From Candidatus Helarchaeota archaeon (lineage in GTDB: Archaea; Asgardarchaeota; Lokiarchaeia; Helarchaeales; RDOG01), in the NCBI GenBank assembly GCA_019058315.1, contig JAHPZH010000001.1:913432-977431 (forward strand): 64,000 bases of DNA, written 5' to 3'. Under the pieces are notes generated by a model that had not been told where the DNA came from, did not search any database, and was given only the letters and a program-made list of their open reading frames with translations. How positions within the stretch are numbered: position 1 is the stretch's first letter; each line of letters opens with the position of its first letter. A program made the translations under genes and the position numbers. Positions 38,057 to 47,186 of this stretch are shown one piece after another.

Positions 38057-38797
38057 CTAATATTTATTATTAAATCGATCAAGATGGACAAAATCACTTA
38101 ATTCTCTGCGATATTTCGTGCCATATTTACCATATTTACCTTCATATCCCAGTCTGAAAATAAGCATCAATTTATATCCTTGATTTTCAGGAATTTTTAA
38201 GATTTTCATTATTTTTTTAACAGATTCAGGATTCATAAGTTGACCACTGATAAGCTGTGTACTTATACCGAGATCATTTGAAGCTAACCAGATGTTTTCC
38301 ATTACTGCCCCAATACTTAATATTCCCCATACATGTTTTAAGGGTCCTACACCAGGTTTATTTCTGTTATATATAACAAAGAGCAATACAGCAGAATTTT
38401 GAACCAGAATAGAATATAATTCCATCGATTTTTTCCAAAAGTTATCATCGGTGATTAACTTCGGATCATCTTTTAAATCATTTACAAATTTTGGTAAAAC
38501 ATCTATAAAGACACCATCTTTCTTTGATTCGAGCTCTTCTTTAGAATAACGAACCCAGTGAAAATGTTCATCTACATATTTTTTTGTTAATCGAAATCCA
38601 ACCATCGATAGTTCTTTAATTACATTACGATCTTTAACTACAATGATTTCAAATGGTTGTGAATTATGTGGTGTAGGTGCAAACCGTGCAGCTTCTAAAA
38701 TTTTTTTTAATTCAGAATCGGGAATTGGTTTATTATTAAAAAGCCATCTTGAACTTCTTCTAAATTTTACTAGCTCTTGAAAATCCATAATAGACAC
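38057..38797 (-). CDS. Nitroreductase family protein
   Basis: RRSSR, ARFAPTPHNSQPF, ENIWLAS..LGI. Confidence 0.9.
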   Translation of the reverse strand: MSIMDFQELVKFRRSSRWLFNNKPIPDSELKKILEAARFAPTPHNSQPFEIIVVKDRNVIKELSMVGFRLTKKYVDEHFHWVRYSKEELESKKDGVFIDVLPKFVNDLKDDPKLITDDNFWKKSMELYSILVQNSAVLLFVIYNRNKPGVGPLKHVWGILSIGAVMENIWLASNDLGISTQLISGQLMNPESVKKIMKILKIPENQGYKLMLIFRLGYEGKYGKYGTKYRRELSDFVHLDRFNNKY

Positions 38798-39042
38798 TCC
38801 ATATTAAAATACTGTAGATTTAACTTTTTAGAAGTTTCATCACAGCCTAATTTCATTTTTTGTCTTACGCTTTCATAAATCCAATCAATACTCATTTTTC
38901 CTTTCTCCCTTAGGAAATAATTATTATTTTTTTATGTTTCATACTTTAAAATTAGTAATTATAATTATGGATAATAATTTTTTGACAATTTAAAATGTTC
39001 AATATTTAAGTTTTATATCCAAATGAATATAATTTTGACTAA

Positions 39043-40137
39043 TTATGGAATGATTTCGCAGCCATTATATCGAAAGTATGAGAAATCTTCTAAATTTATT
39101 TTTTTATCATTAATCAATTTCTCAACTTCTGGTTTGATCCTTTGTAATTCTTTAATCAAATGTTTTACTGTTGAACAAACCATATTATAACCTTCCTCTC
39201 CCCAAGGTTTAGCGAAATTTGCATAAAGGCACCTACCCCCACAAATAGAATGAATTTCACAATCTAAACATGGCTGTTTTACATCTAAAGCATTTTCTAT
39301 TTCTTTATAATTAGATGTATTAATATTCCCAACTTGAAAAATTTCGAATTCAGAACAAACAGGACAAGCGGAAATAACACCATCAGTATTTATATTAAAC
39401 CAAATCCAACCAGAACCACATCGTAATTTAGAAGGTTCATGGTTTAAAAGGGATTCCATAATCGCAATAAAGGGATATAATTTTATTATCCTTTGTTCCT
39501 TTTTCATTTCTTCTAACCATTCATTTATAAGTCTTGTAATTTGAGGATTATAGCTTTTTTTTATCCAACATTCCAGATCTCGCCATTTTTCCCGTTCGTC
39601 AAACATCAGATTAAGTTGCCAATGTATAGAATCTATAAGTGGTCTTAGACCTAATAACCAATTAATAGCATCATAAATTTCTGTTTCTTCTGATATGGTC
39701 ATTCTGGCGATTAATTCTCCCTTGAAAAGTGGTCTAATTTTCTTTAAATTTTTAATAACTTTCCCATATGTGTTTTTTCCTCTATAAAAATTTGTTATTT
39801 TCTCATTTCCGTCAATTGAGACAAGAATAGTATGAAATTTCTTTAAAATTTCTGGTTTTAATTCCCCCAATAAAATTCCATTTGTTTGTAAGATAAATGC
39901 ATCTGCAGAAATATTATTCATGATTTCTTCCATTTTTTTCATTCTTAAAAGTGGTTCCCCACCGTAAAATAAAATAACAGGATGTGGATCTTTTTCGATG
40001 AACAATTTAAGATCTTTAATTTCATATTGTATCTCTTTAGGCAGTCGAGATAGCGAATAACCTCCTCCACAATATAAACAATTGAGATTGCATTTTAGGG
40101 TAAGAATCACATTATAAAACATATTAAATTTGACCAT
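39043..40137 (-). CDS. Radical SAM/SPASM protein (archaeal AF0577/TIGR04084-like)
   Basis: CNLNCLYCGG, YGGEPL, QTNG, IHWQL, CGSG, CLDC...CGGRC, C-terminal EIIP. Confidence 0.85.
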   Translation of the reverse strand: MVKFNMFYNVILTLKCNLNCLYCGGGYSLSRLPKEIQYEIKDLKLFIEKDPHPVILFYGGEPLLRMKKMEEIMNNISADAFILQTNGILLGELKPEILKKFHTILVSIDGNEKITNFYRGKNTYGKVIKNLKKIRPLFKGELIARMTISEETEIYDAINWLLGLRPLIDSIHWQLNLMFDEREKWRDLECWIKKSYNPQITRLINEWLEEMKKEQRIIKLYPFIAIMESLLNHEPSKLRCGSGWIWFNINTDGVISACPVCSEFEIFQVGNINTSNYKEIENALDVKQPCLDCEIHSICGGRCLYANFAKPWGEEGYNMVCSTVKHLIKELQRIKPEVEKLINDKKINLEDFSYFRYNGCEIIP

Positions 40138-40172
40138 TATCGATTAGGTTTTAATAGTGGAATAAAATATGA

Positions 40173-41297
40173 TTAAAAACCCTTTAATTCGCGATTTGTT
40201 TCCTTTAGAATTCTTGCTGCCATTTCCAGAAGGTTTTTAAAAACTATTTCTCTCTCTTCTCGTTCTAATTTAATAATCTCTTGGGGACAATTCACCACAC
40301 ATATACCACAGCCCATACACTTACTTTTATCGATTACTGGACCTTCATCCTCCATTTGAATCGCTTTAAAATTACAATTTTGTATACAAGTTTCACATCT
40401 TGCACAGCTTTCTAAGTCGGTAATAGTGGCAAAAAAATTCGCTGCTGCAACCGCACGCGGATTATCCCATCTAGTAATACCACCTAATAAACTACAACAA
40501 CAATTACAACAATTACAAATTAAGCTATGTGCACCTTCTTGAAAATTTTCAGTCGTATGCACTAATCCCATCTGGTTAAATTCTTTTAATAATTTTTTAG
40601 CTTCTTCTTTAGTTATTTCGCGTGCACTTCCGCGTTCTATAAAAAATCTTGCGCCATCATTTACTCCAATACAAGATTCTAATGGATGATCACATTTTCT
40701 CGACCCTAGATACTCATATCGAGTTCTACATGCACATTTTTGAATGCTAATAATTTCTGCGTCTTCAACGATATTGATTACATCCTCATAAGGTAGGATT
40801 TTTTTAGTGGTGTCAACAGATTCTTGAACTGGAATTATACGTGTTAATGGTGTTTGGGGGGATCCTTCGAAATTTCTATACCATTCTTCATCAATTAAAA
40901 ATTTTAAACTTAATTCTGCTAATTTTTTTGCTTTTTCTTTAGGATATTTTTCATAACTCACTGGTGGAGCGTCAAACATCATAAAAGGCATATGAATTGC
41001 ATACTTTTTTGCACGAGATCCCATAACCATGACATTATCTTGTTTGATTAATCTTTCTAGAATCTCTTCTGCTTCTTCTTTTGATTTATTTATTTTTTTT
41101 GCAAATTTTTTTGCAGACATTACTGCAGGGAATACATCTAATTCAATTAAATATTTAACATCATTCGGATCTACAAGGACATGTAAGTATTCCTTCCAAG
41201 TCTCGCTAACATTATCTATTGTCCCTTGTTTGGATAAACCTTGAATAGCATTATCTAATTTCTTTATTAAAATATCATAATATTTTTCAGTTTCCAT
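40173..41297 (-). CDS. HTH + 4Fe-4S binding protein
   Basis: CACR, GLVH, ICNCCNCCC, two ferredoxin motifs; same family as 52166..53305. Confidence 0.85.
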   Translation of the reverse strand: METEKYYDILIKKLDNAIQGLSKQGTIDNVSETWKEYLHVLVDPNDVKYLIELDVFPAVMSAKKFAKKINKSKEEAEEILERLIKQDNVMVMGSRAKKYAIHMPFMMFDAPPVSYEKYPKEKAKKLAELSLKFLIDEEWYRNFEGSPQTPLTRIIPVQESVDTTKKILPYEDVINIVEDAEIISIQKCACRTRYEYLGSRKCDHPLESCIGVNDGARFFIERGSAREITKEEAKKLLKEFNQMGLVHTTENFQEGAHSLICNCCNCCCSLLGGITRWDNPRAVAAANFFATITDLESCARCETCIQNCNFKAIQMEDEGPVIDKSKCMGCGICVVNCPQEIIKLEREEREIVFKNLLEMAARILKETNRELKGF

Positions 41298-41486
41298 TCA
41301 CTACACCTAAAATTAGATTTGATTTCATTTTATCATACTTAAAACATTCAACGTTATTTAATTTTTTCAAAATTAAAAGGTTAAATTCGAAATTAAGTTT
41401 TGCCTAAAAAAAAATCTTTTAAATGATAAAATGCATAAAATAAAAAAGCTTGATCTTAAAAATCAACTTTAAAAAAGTAAAATTAG

Positions 41487-42809
41487 GTGAAAAATATGGC
41501 TGAAGAGCCTGTAATAACAGATCTATATGTTTGTAAAGAAACTGGAAAGAAAAAAGGCGCAGGAACTAAAGAAGAACCACTAAAATTTTTATGGCAAGTG
41601 TTAGGCAAAATAGGAGACAATACGAGAGTACATGTAAGTGAAGGGCGTTATATGGGTCAAGGAAAAAAAGGAGCAATGCCAAAAATTGTAGCACATAATA
41701 TAAGCATAATTGGTGGGTATTCACAAGATTTCTCAAAAAGAAACCCTTTTGAATATCTCACAATAATTGGAACTGACGGTGAAGTTCAAGGTCCTCCTAC
41801 CGATACTACAATTAGAATTCAAGACGATAAAAGAGAACCCGGAGACATAGTTGTTGATGGTATTTGTATTGATCGTGGTGATTATTCAGTTTATTACGGA
41901 GAAGGTCCGCCAGGTGCAGGGAAAAAAATTGAAGGTTATAAAGATTGTACTGCTTGTGGTTATGGTGCATTGAATCGAAAAATGGCTGGAAGTTCACCCA
42001 CAATAGAAATAATGGCAAATACAAGCAACATAACGGTTAGAAACTGTCTTTTAATTAATAATATGTGGTGGGGAATTTATGTAAAAGCTGGTGGTGCTGT
42101 TCTAATCGAAAATAATCTAGTATTCATTTCCCAAGGTCGTGCGATAGAGGCTTTAGGTGCTTGGGGATCTCCAAAATTCACTATTAAGAATAACACGTTG
42201 GTATTTGGAAACTCGTTAAAAACTACAGAAGGACGAGCTATCTCCGCAAATCCCTCTGGAACCTATTCGTATGTTATTGAAAATAATGTAATTGCATTTA
42301 ACGATGGTGGAGGAGTTACAACGAAATTCGGAGCAGGCGAAGGAATGGAAATAAATGGCAATCTATTCTATTTTAACCGTAGGGCCGATTTTAACGAAAA
42401 AGCGGGTCAAGGCACTGCAAATGCAAATACATTTGAAGATGACCTGGAATTTGACGCCGAGGATAATGTTCATGAACTTCCTAAATTCCTTGCAGCATTA
42501 GGGGATGCCGCGAAGGATTGGTTTGATAGATACAGCCAAAATTCATTTGTGGACATGATAGCAGGAAATTATAATACAAATGACGAGTTGATGAAAGCTC
42601 GTGAAGTATTAGGATTAAAGGAATATCATCTTGTAGGTTACGATGACACATATGCTAGTTATCCGGATTTACCATCAAATAGACCTAAGTGGAACATGAG
42701 TCGTTATCCAAACCCCATGAAAATTGGCGAATTAATGGACTGGAAAGTTGCAATTCTACCAATAATTGGTGCCGATGGAAATAGAGGTATACAACCTTTT
42801 AAAGAATAA
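41487..42809 (+). CDS. Right-handed parallel beta-helix repeat protein (start possibly ATG 41496)
   Basis: N-terminal GAGTKEEPLK...VHVSEGRY cap; repeats TVRNCLL, LIENNLV, TIKNNTL, VIENNVI, EINGNLF. Confidence 0.75.
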   Translation: MKNMAEEPVITDLYVCKETGKKKGAGTKEEPLKFLWQVLGKIGDNTRVHVSEGRYMGQGKKGAMPKIVAHNISIIGGYSQDFSKRNPFEYLTIIGTDGEVQGPPTDTTIRIQDDKREPGDIVVDGICIDRGDYSVYYGEGPPGAGKKIEGYKDCTACGYGALNRKMAGSSPTIEIMANTSNITVRNCLLINNMWWGIYVKAGGAVLIENNLVFISQGRAIEALGAWGSPKFTIKNNTLVFGNSLKTTEGRAISANPSGTYSYVIENNVIAFNDGGGVTTKFGAGEGMEINGNLFYFNRRADFNEKAGQGTANANTFEDDLEFDAEDNVHELPKFLAALGDAAKDWFDRYSQNSFVDMIAGNYNTNDELMKAREVLGLKEYHLVGYDDTYASYPDLPSNRPKWNMSRYPNPMKIGELMDWKVAILPIIGADGNRGIQPFKE

Positions 42810-42915
42810 AGTTAAACTCTTCTTTTTTTTTAATTTTTTTGAGATTTCTATTAAATTTCCAAGGTAAATTCAAAATTTATGAAGATTTTTAAAATTTATT
42901 TTGTTATAGTTTGAT

Positions 42916-43089
42916 ATGGAACCTTCTACATTTGAAACCACTCACTATGTTTTTTGCCCAAGATGTAAAAAAAGAACAAAATTTACAGCATATATGCATT
43001 ATTCTAAATACGTCTGTGAGGAATGTGGTCTTTCATTTGATTCAAAAGACTACTCTAAAGTTCTAAAAGAATATAGTTCCAAGAAATAG
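42916..43089 (+). CDS. 57-aa zinc-ribbon microprotein (not in ORF track)
   Basis: MEPSTFETTHYVFCPRCKKRTKFTAYMHYSKYVCEECGLSFDSKDYSKVLKEYSSKK. Confidence 0.7.
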   Translation: MEPSTFETTHYVFCPRCKKRTKFTAYMHYSKYVCEECGLSFDSKDYSKVLKEYSSKK

Positions 43090-43262
43090 TTCATTCTCTA
43101 AAGAAATTTTAATCAAAATCAGATTAGCCTTTAATTAAGTAACCAGTAAGCTAAAAATCAAATATCTAATTATAATTAATTCCGTAAAAGCAAGTATTAT
43201 TAATATTATGAAAATAATAAATAACATAAGTTCAAACAAATGAGAAAAGATGGTTAAAAAAA

Positions 43263-43907
43263 TTGACATTTGATAGATTTAAAAGAAGTCTTATATCAAG
43301 CATAAGATGGAGAGCTGAATCTTACCTAAGAAGAAAAGCTAATGACGTAATATCAAAAGGTTTCAATAAAATAAAAACAAAAGGTGTAAATAAGACTCTT
43401 GAAAAAAAAGTTGTCAAAGGTTTTGATGAATTCAAAGAGATGTTTGATGAAAAGGGAACTGATCCACGAGAAGTCATTCTACTATATTGTATTGCTGCCT
43501 TAGAATATGCAAATGGCAATGATGATGGAAAATATATGGCAACTCTTTGTCTTCCTAAGAATTTCTGTCATAAAGATCCAGGTTCACCCTCCGGATTTAC
43601 GATAGATATTAAAGGTGAGCTCTATTTTCTAAATCAAGTTAGAGAACATCCAAATAATATCAAATCATATTTAGGGGGTACACCCGATAACAACTATGAA
43701 ATTGACGAGGATAATTTAAAATTACATATAATTAAAGAAGGTATCGAGAAGAATAAAGCATTAATAATAATTCAAAGTGCTGGCAAAGATAATCCTACAC
43801 CTGTAGAATTGAAAAAAAATAAACATGGTTATTGGAAAATCTTTAAAGGAACAGGCTCCATAGCAACAGGCGTAAAGGTGACAGCGGAAGAACAAGATGA
43901 CTTTTAA
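43263..43907 (+). CDS. Hypothetical protein, DUF6935-like
   Basis: SYLGGTPDNNY and QSAGKDNPTPVELKKN..GYWKI...SIATGVK; family name recalled, not searched. Confidence 0.5.
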   Translation: MTFDRFKRSLISSIRWRAESYLRRKANDVISKGFNKIKTKGVNKTLEKKVVKGFDEFKEMFDEKGTDPREVILLYCIAALEYANGNDDGKYMATLCLPKNFCHKDPGSPSGFTIDIKGELYFLNQVREHPNNIKSYLGGTPDNNYEIDEDNLKLHIIKEGIEKNKALIIIQSAGKDNPTPVELKKNKHGYWKIFKGTGSIATGVKVTAEEQDDF

Positions 43908-44001
43908 TTTATTTGAGAAAAATTACATCTTTTTTTTATAATCTTTATAATTTTAAGACATATTAATCTCTTAATGTTAATCAGTAAATGGTGGTAAAAA
44001 A

Positions 44002-44466
44002 TTGAGTGAAGAAGTAGAAAAAGAGGTAGAGAATGAGGAAGTAGAGAAAGAATCAGTAGAAGAAAAGAAAGAGGAAGAAACTACCGAAGAAAAAATAGAA
44101 GAAGAAGTCGATTCTGTTAAACCAGGTCTGAGTCCCAAACAAATTGCTATTCTACATTATAAATTACTTATGGAAAATAATCAAGACGAATGGATAAAGA
44201 CGCTAAAAAAGGATCTTCGAGTAAATGCCAAGGATCCCGCTTCCTCACCGGGATTTTGGTGGTTAACAGGGAGACGTTGTGTAACAAAGCATGGATATTC
44301 ATATACTTTTAGACATGAAGAAACAAAACAAGAAAATTATGTAAAGTTCTTTTTTAATCGATTAGACAAAGATGGAAAACCTGCAATGACTGGTCAAGTC
44401 CCAATCCACGTAATAAGGGACGAAAAAACCGATGGTGAATGGAGAATCGACACAGCAAGTTATTAG
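44002..44466 (+). CDS. Hypothetical protein with acidic N-tail, paralogue of 44585..44935
   Basis: VKPGL.PK.IAILHY.L.MENN..EW.KT, WW.TGR, FRHEET, VPI....D....EWR shared. Confidence 0.8.
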   Translation: MSEEVEKEVENEEVEKESVEEKKEEETTEEKIEEEVDSVKPGLSPKQIAILHYKLLMENNQDEWIKTLKKDLRVNAKDPASSPGFWWLTGRRCVTKHGYSYTFRHEETKQENYVKFFFNRLDKDGKPAMTGQVPIHVIRDEKTDGEWRIDTASY

Positions 44467-44584
44467 AATACGCAATTATTATGAAATTTTAAAAAAATTA
44501 TTTTTTACATTTTTACCCAAAAAATTTTATTATTTAATGAAATCCAGTTAGTTATTATATACTGAATTTAAGGAAGTATTATAA

Positions 44585-44935
44585 ATGTCTGTAAAACCTG
44601 GTTTAGGTCCAAAGGAAATCGCAATACTGCATTATCAGTTAATAATGGAAAATAATAAGGAAGAATGGCTAAAAACAGTAATGAAGCAAAGAATTGGGAT
44701 ATCTTCGAATCAATGGTGGAAAACTGGGCGAAAATACATAGACAAAAAAGGCTGGTCCTATAAATTTCGACATGAAGAAACAAGACCTCAATTTAAAACA
44801 GAAACTAGCAGAAAATTTTTCTTCTATAGATTAAATGAAAAAGGAGAAGAACAAGGAGCCGGACCAGTCCCTATTATAATTGTTAAAGATCCCGATAACA
44901 ATGATGAATGGAGAGTAAAGGTCTCCTCTTGGTAA
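44585..44935 (+). CDS. Hypothetical protein, paralogue of 44002..44466
   Basis: Colinear similarity; possibly NTF2-like fold. Confidence 0.8.
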   Translation: MSVKPGLGPKEIAILHYQLIMENNKEEWLKTVMKQRIGISSNQWWKTGRKYIDKKGWSYKFRHEETRPQFKTETSRKFFFYRLNEKGEEQGAGPVPIIIVKDPDNNDEWRVKVSSW

Positions 44936-45010
44936 AATTTTTAATTCTTATTTTTTCTTTTTAAATATTTATGATAAATAAGAAAAGCTTGATTTGGAAG
45001 GAATGATAAT

Positions 45011-45655
45011 TTGAGTAATAAGATTTATGATTTTTTAACAAATCCTAAAACTGTGAAAATTTCTACGATTGCCGCTTTTATAACGGTATTTTCAGCATTG
45101 ATTATTGGTTATATTATAGCAGCATTTTTTGGTACGCAAGGATATAACATGATCGATAATTACATCAGTGATATGGGTTCTATAAAATATACCCCATTTC
45201 CATATATGAGGACAATTGCCAATGTAGGTTCAGGACCATTATTTTTACCAATTACATTTTATATGAAAAAACAGCTTGCATCCAGTGAAGATCAAAACAT
45301 CTCTAGGGGAAGACTGTTTTTAGGCAATATTGGCTTTGCTACAATGCTTGTGATCTTCCTTGGAATGGTATGCACCGGAATTATAACTGAAGATGTATCT
45401 ATGCTTATTCATATTATAATTGCAATTACTGCCATTTCAGCTGGATGGATTTCAATTCTCTCATATAGTATACTAATATTCAAGTATCAAACTGAAATTC
45501 ATAAAAATGTTGGTTTATATGGACTAATTAGTTTACCTACGATTCTTATTCTGGTGATTATCGGATTTCCTTCACGAATATTTTATGAATGGGTGTATCT
45601 ATTATCCTTTTATTTCTGGCTCATATTGTGTGCTCGAAATCTTCTTATTTCTTAA
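45011..45655 (+). CDS. DUF998/Frag1-DRAM-like membrane protein
   Basis: YNMIDNYISDMG after TM1, conserved His in TM4, YEW near the end. Confidence 0.7.
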   Translation: MSNKIYDFLTNPKTVKISTIAAFITVFSALIIGYIIAAFFGTQGYNMIDNYISDMGSIKYTPFPYMRTIANVGSGPLFLPITFYMKKQLASSEDQNISRGRLFLGNIGFATMLVIFLGMVCTGIITEDVSMLIHIIIAITAISAGWISILSYSILIFKYQTEIHKNVGLYGLISLPTILILVIIGFPSRIFYEWVYLLSFYFWLILCARNLLIS

Positions 45656-45755
45656 CTATTTCTTTTGCAATATTTTTTTAAATCCCCAGTTTAGAATAAA
45701 AATTAAAAAATAAGTCTTATTTATAAATTAAATAAATAGGGGAGACGTCAATTAT

Positions 45756-47171
45756 ATGCCAACTAAGAAAAAATCCATAAAGAAAACAAAGGGAAAAAAA
45801 CAAGTAAAGAGCAAGAAAAAAAGTAAAAAAACAAAGAAAATGAAAGCAGCAAAACAAAAAAGAAAGCTTCTAGCAGAGTTAAATGCAAAAGAAAGAAAGA
45901 AAAAAGTAATTTTTGGAGGACAAACAATTACACTTGAAGAACAATACGCTCTTGAGGACATAGAAAAAGAATTTGGAAGAAAGTTCAGCAAATTTAAAAG
46001 GATAGAATATGAACAATTCGGATTTTATGCTCACAATGGGAATGTTGTTAATTTAGAAATTCGTAATGTGGGATTAAAAAAAGTTCCAGATTCGATTGGA
46101 CTTCTTAAATCGCTAAAAAACCTGACTTTAAGTTATAACAAATTATCAAGTCTCCCTGACTCGATTGGAAATTTAAAGTCTCTCCAAGAACTTTTATTAC
46201 ACGGGAACCAATTGACAGCCTTGCCTGATACAATTGGCAATTTGGAATCGCTCACAAGACTTTGGTTACAGGATAATAAATTAACCAAACTTCCTAAAAC
46301 CTTACTCAATTTGTCTAAATTAGGAATGTTAGAAATTAAAAATAATCCCTTGTCTAAAGATTCTATTAAAATTTGGGAAAAATTGATGAAGCAAACAGGA
46401 AGATTTGGAGATATTACAAATGAAGAAAAAAAAGCTTTAGCAGATCTGGAGAAAGAAATTGGACAACCTATTCCTAAAAAGAAATATTTATCATTTCATC
46501 CATTTGGATTTGTAATTGAAAATGGGCATGTTACAGAATTGGGGATCGATAATAAAGGATTATCAAAAGTCCCTGATTCGATTGGTAATTTAAAATGGCT
46601 AAAATTGCTCAATTTGGGGTGGAATGGGGAGTTAAAAGCACTACCAGAAACGATTGGTAATTTGGATTTACTTGAAGTATTAGATATATGGGCTAGTAAA
46701 TTGACCACACTTCCGGAGACGATAGGCAACTTGAAATCTCTCAAAGATTTAGATGTAGGATGGAATCGTATAACTTTAATTCCTGAGTCGATTGGTGACC
46801 TAGAATCTCTTGAAAGTTTGAGTCTTGCACATAATATTGTACTAAAAGTACTCCCCGACTCAATTGGTAACTTAAAATCACTCCAAGAGCTACGATTAGA
46901 AGGTAATTTTTTAAACAATCTCCCAGAGTCTATCGGAGATCTTTCTAACCTTAAAACATTGACTTTAAAAAATTCTACTTTACCTAAGCTACCCAAATCG
47001 TTCGAGTCTCTTAATCTCAAGAAATTGGTATTGGGAGAATATCAGGTGAAGGATTTTCCAGAAGAATTGGCTAAAAAACTTAAAGCAAAAGGCTGTCGAA
47101 TTACTTATGAGGCACGAGAATGGATCGGTGGCTGGGGAGGAGATTGGGAAACAGTAACTTACGAACTTTAA
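45756..47171 (+). CDS. Leucine-rich repeat protein with Lys-rich N-tail (2 cap+LRR blocks)
   Basis: 23-aa LPxSIGNLxxLxxLxLxxNxL repeats; caps E..AL.D(I/L)EK...FGF...NG.V..L. Confidence 0.92.
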   Translation: MPTKKKSIKKTKGKKQVKSKKKSKKTKKMKAAKQKRKLLAELNAKERKKKVIFGGQTITLEEQYALEDIEKEFGRKFSKFKRIEYEQFGFYAHNGNVVNLEIRNVGLKKVPDSIGLLKSLKNLTLSYNKLSSLPDSIGNLKSLQELLLHGNQLTALPDTIGNLESLTRLWLQDNKLTKLPKTLLNLSKLGMLEIKNNPLSKDSIKIWEKLMKQTGRFGDITNEEKKALADLEKEIGQPIPKKKYLSFHPFGFVIENGHVTELGIDNKGLSKVPDSIGNLKWLKLLNLGWNGELKALPETIGNLDLLEVLDIWASKLTTLPETIGNLKSLKDLDVGWNRITLIPESIGDLESLESLSLAHNIVLKVLPDSIGNLKSLQELRLEGNFLNNLPESIGDLSNLKTLTLKNSTLPKLPKSFESLNLKKLVLGEYQVKDFPEELAKKLKAKGCRITYEAREWIGGWGGDWETVTYEL

Positions 47172-47186
47172 GGAGAGTTATATTTA

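Noticed and set aside
38770-38895. 41-codon minus-strand ORF with GGAG SD overlapping the nitroreductase start
   Set aside because: No recognisable features; may be chance, though a leader peptide cannot be excluded
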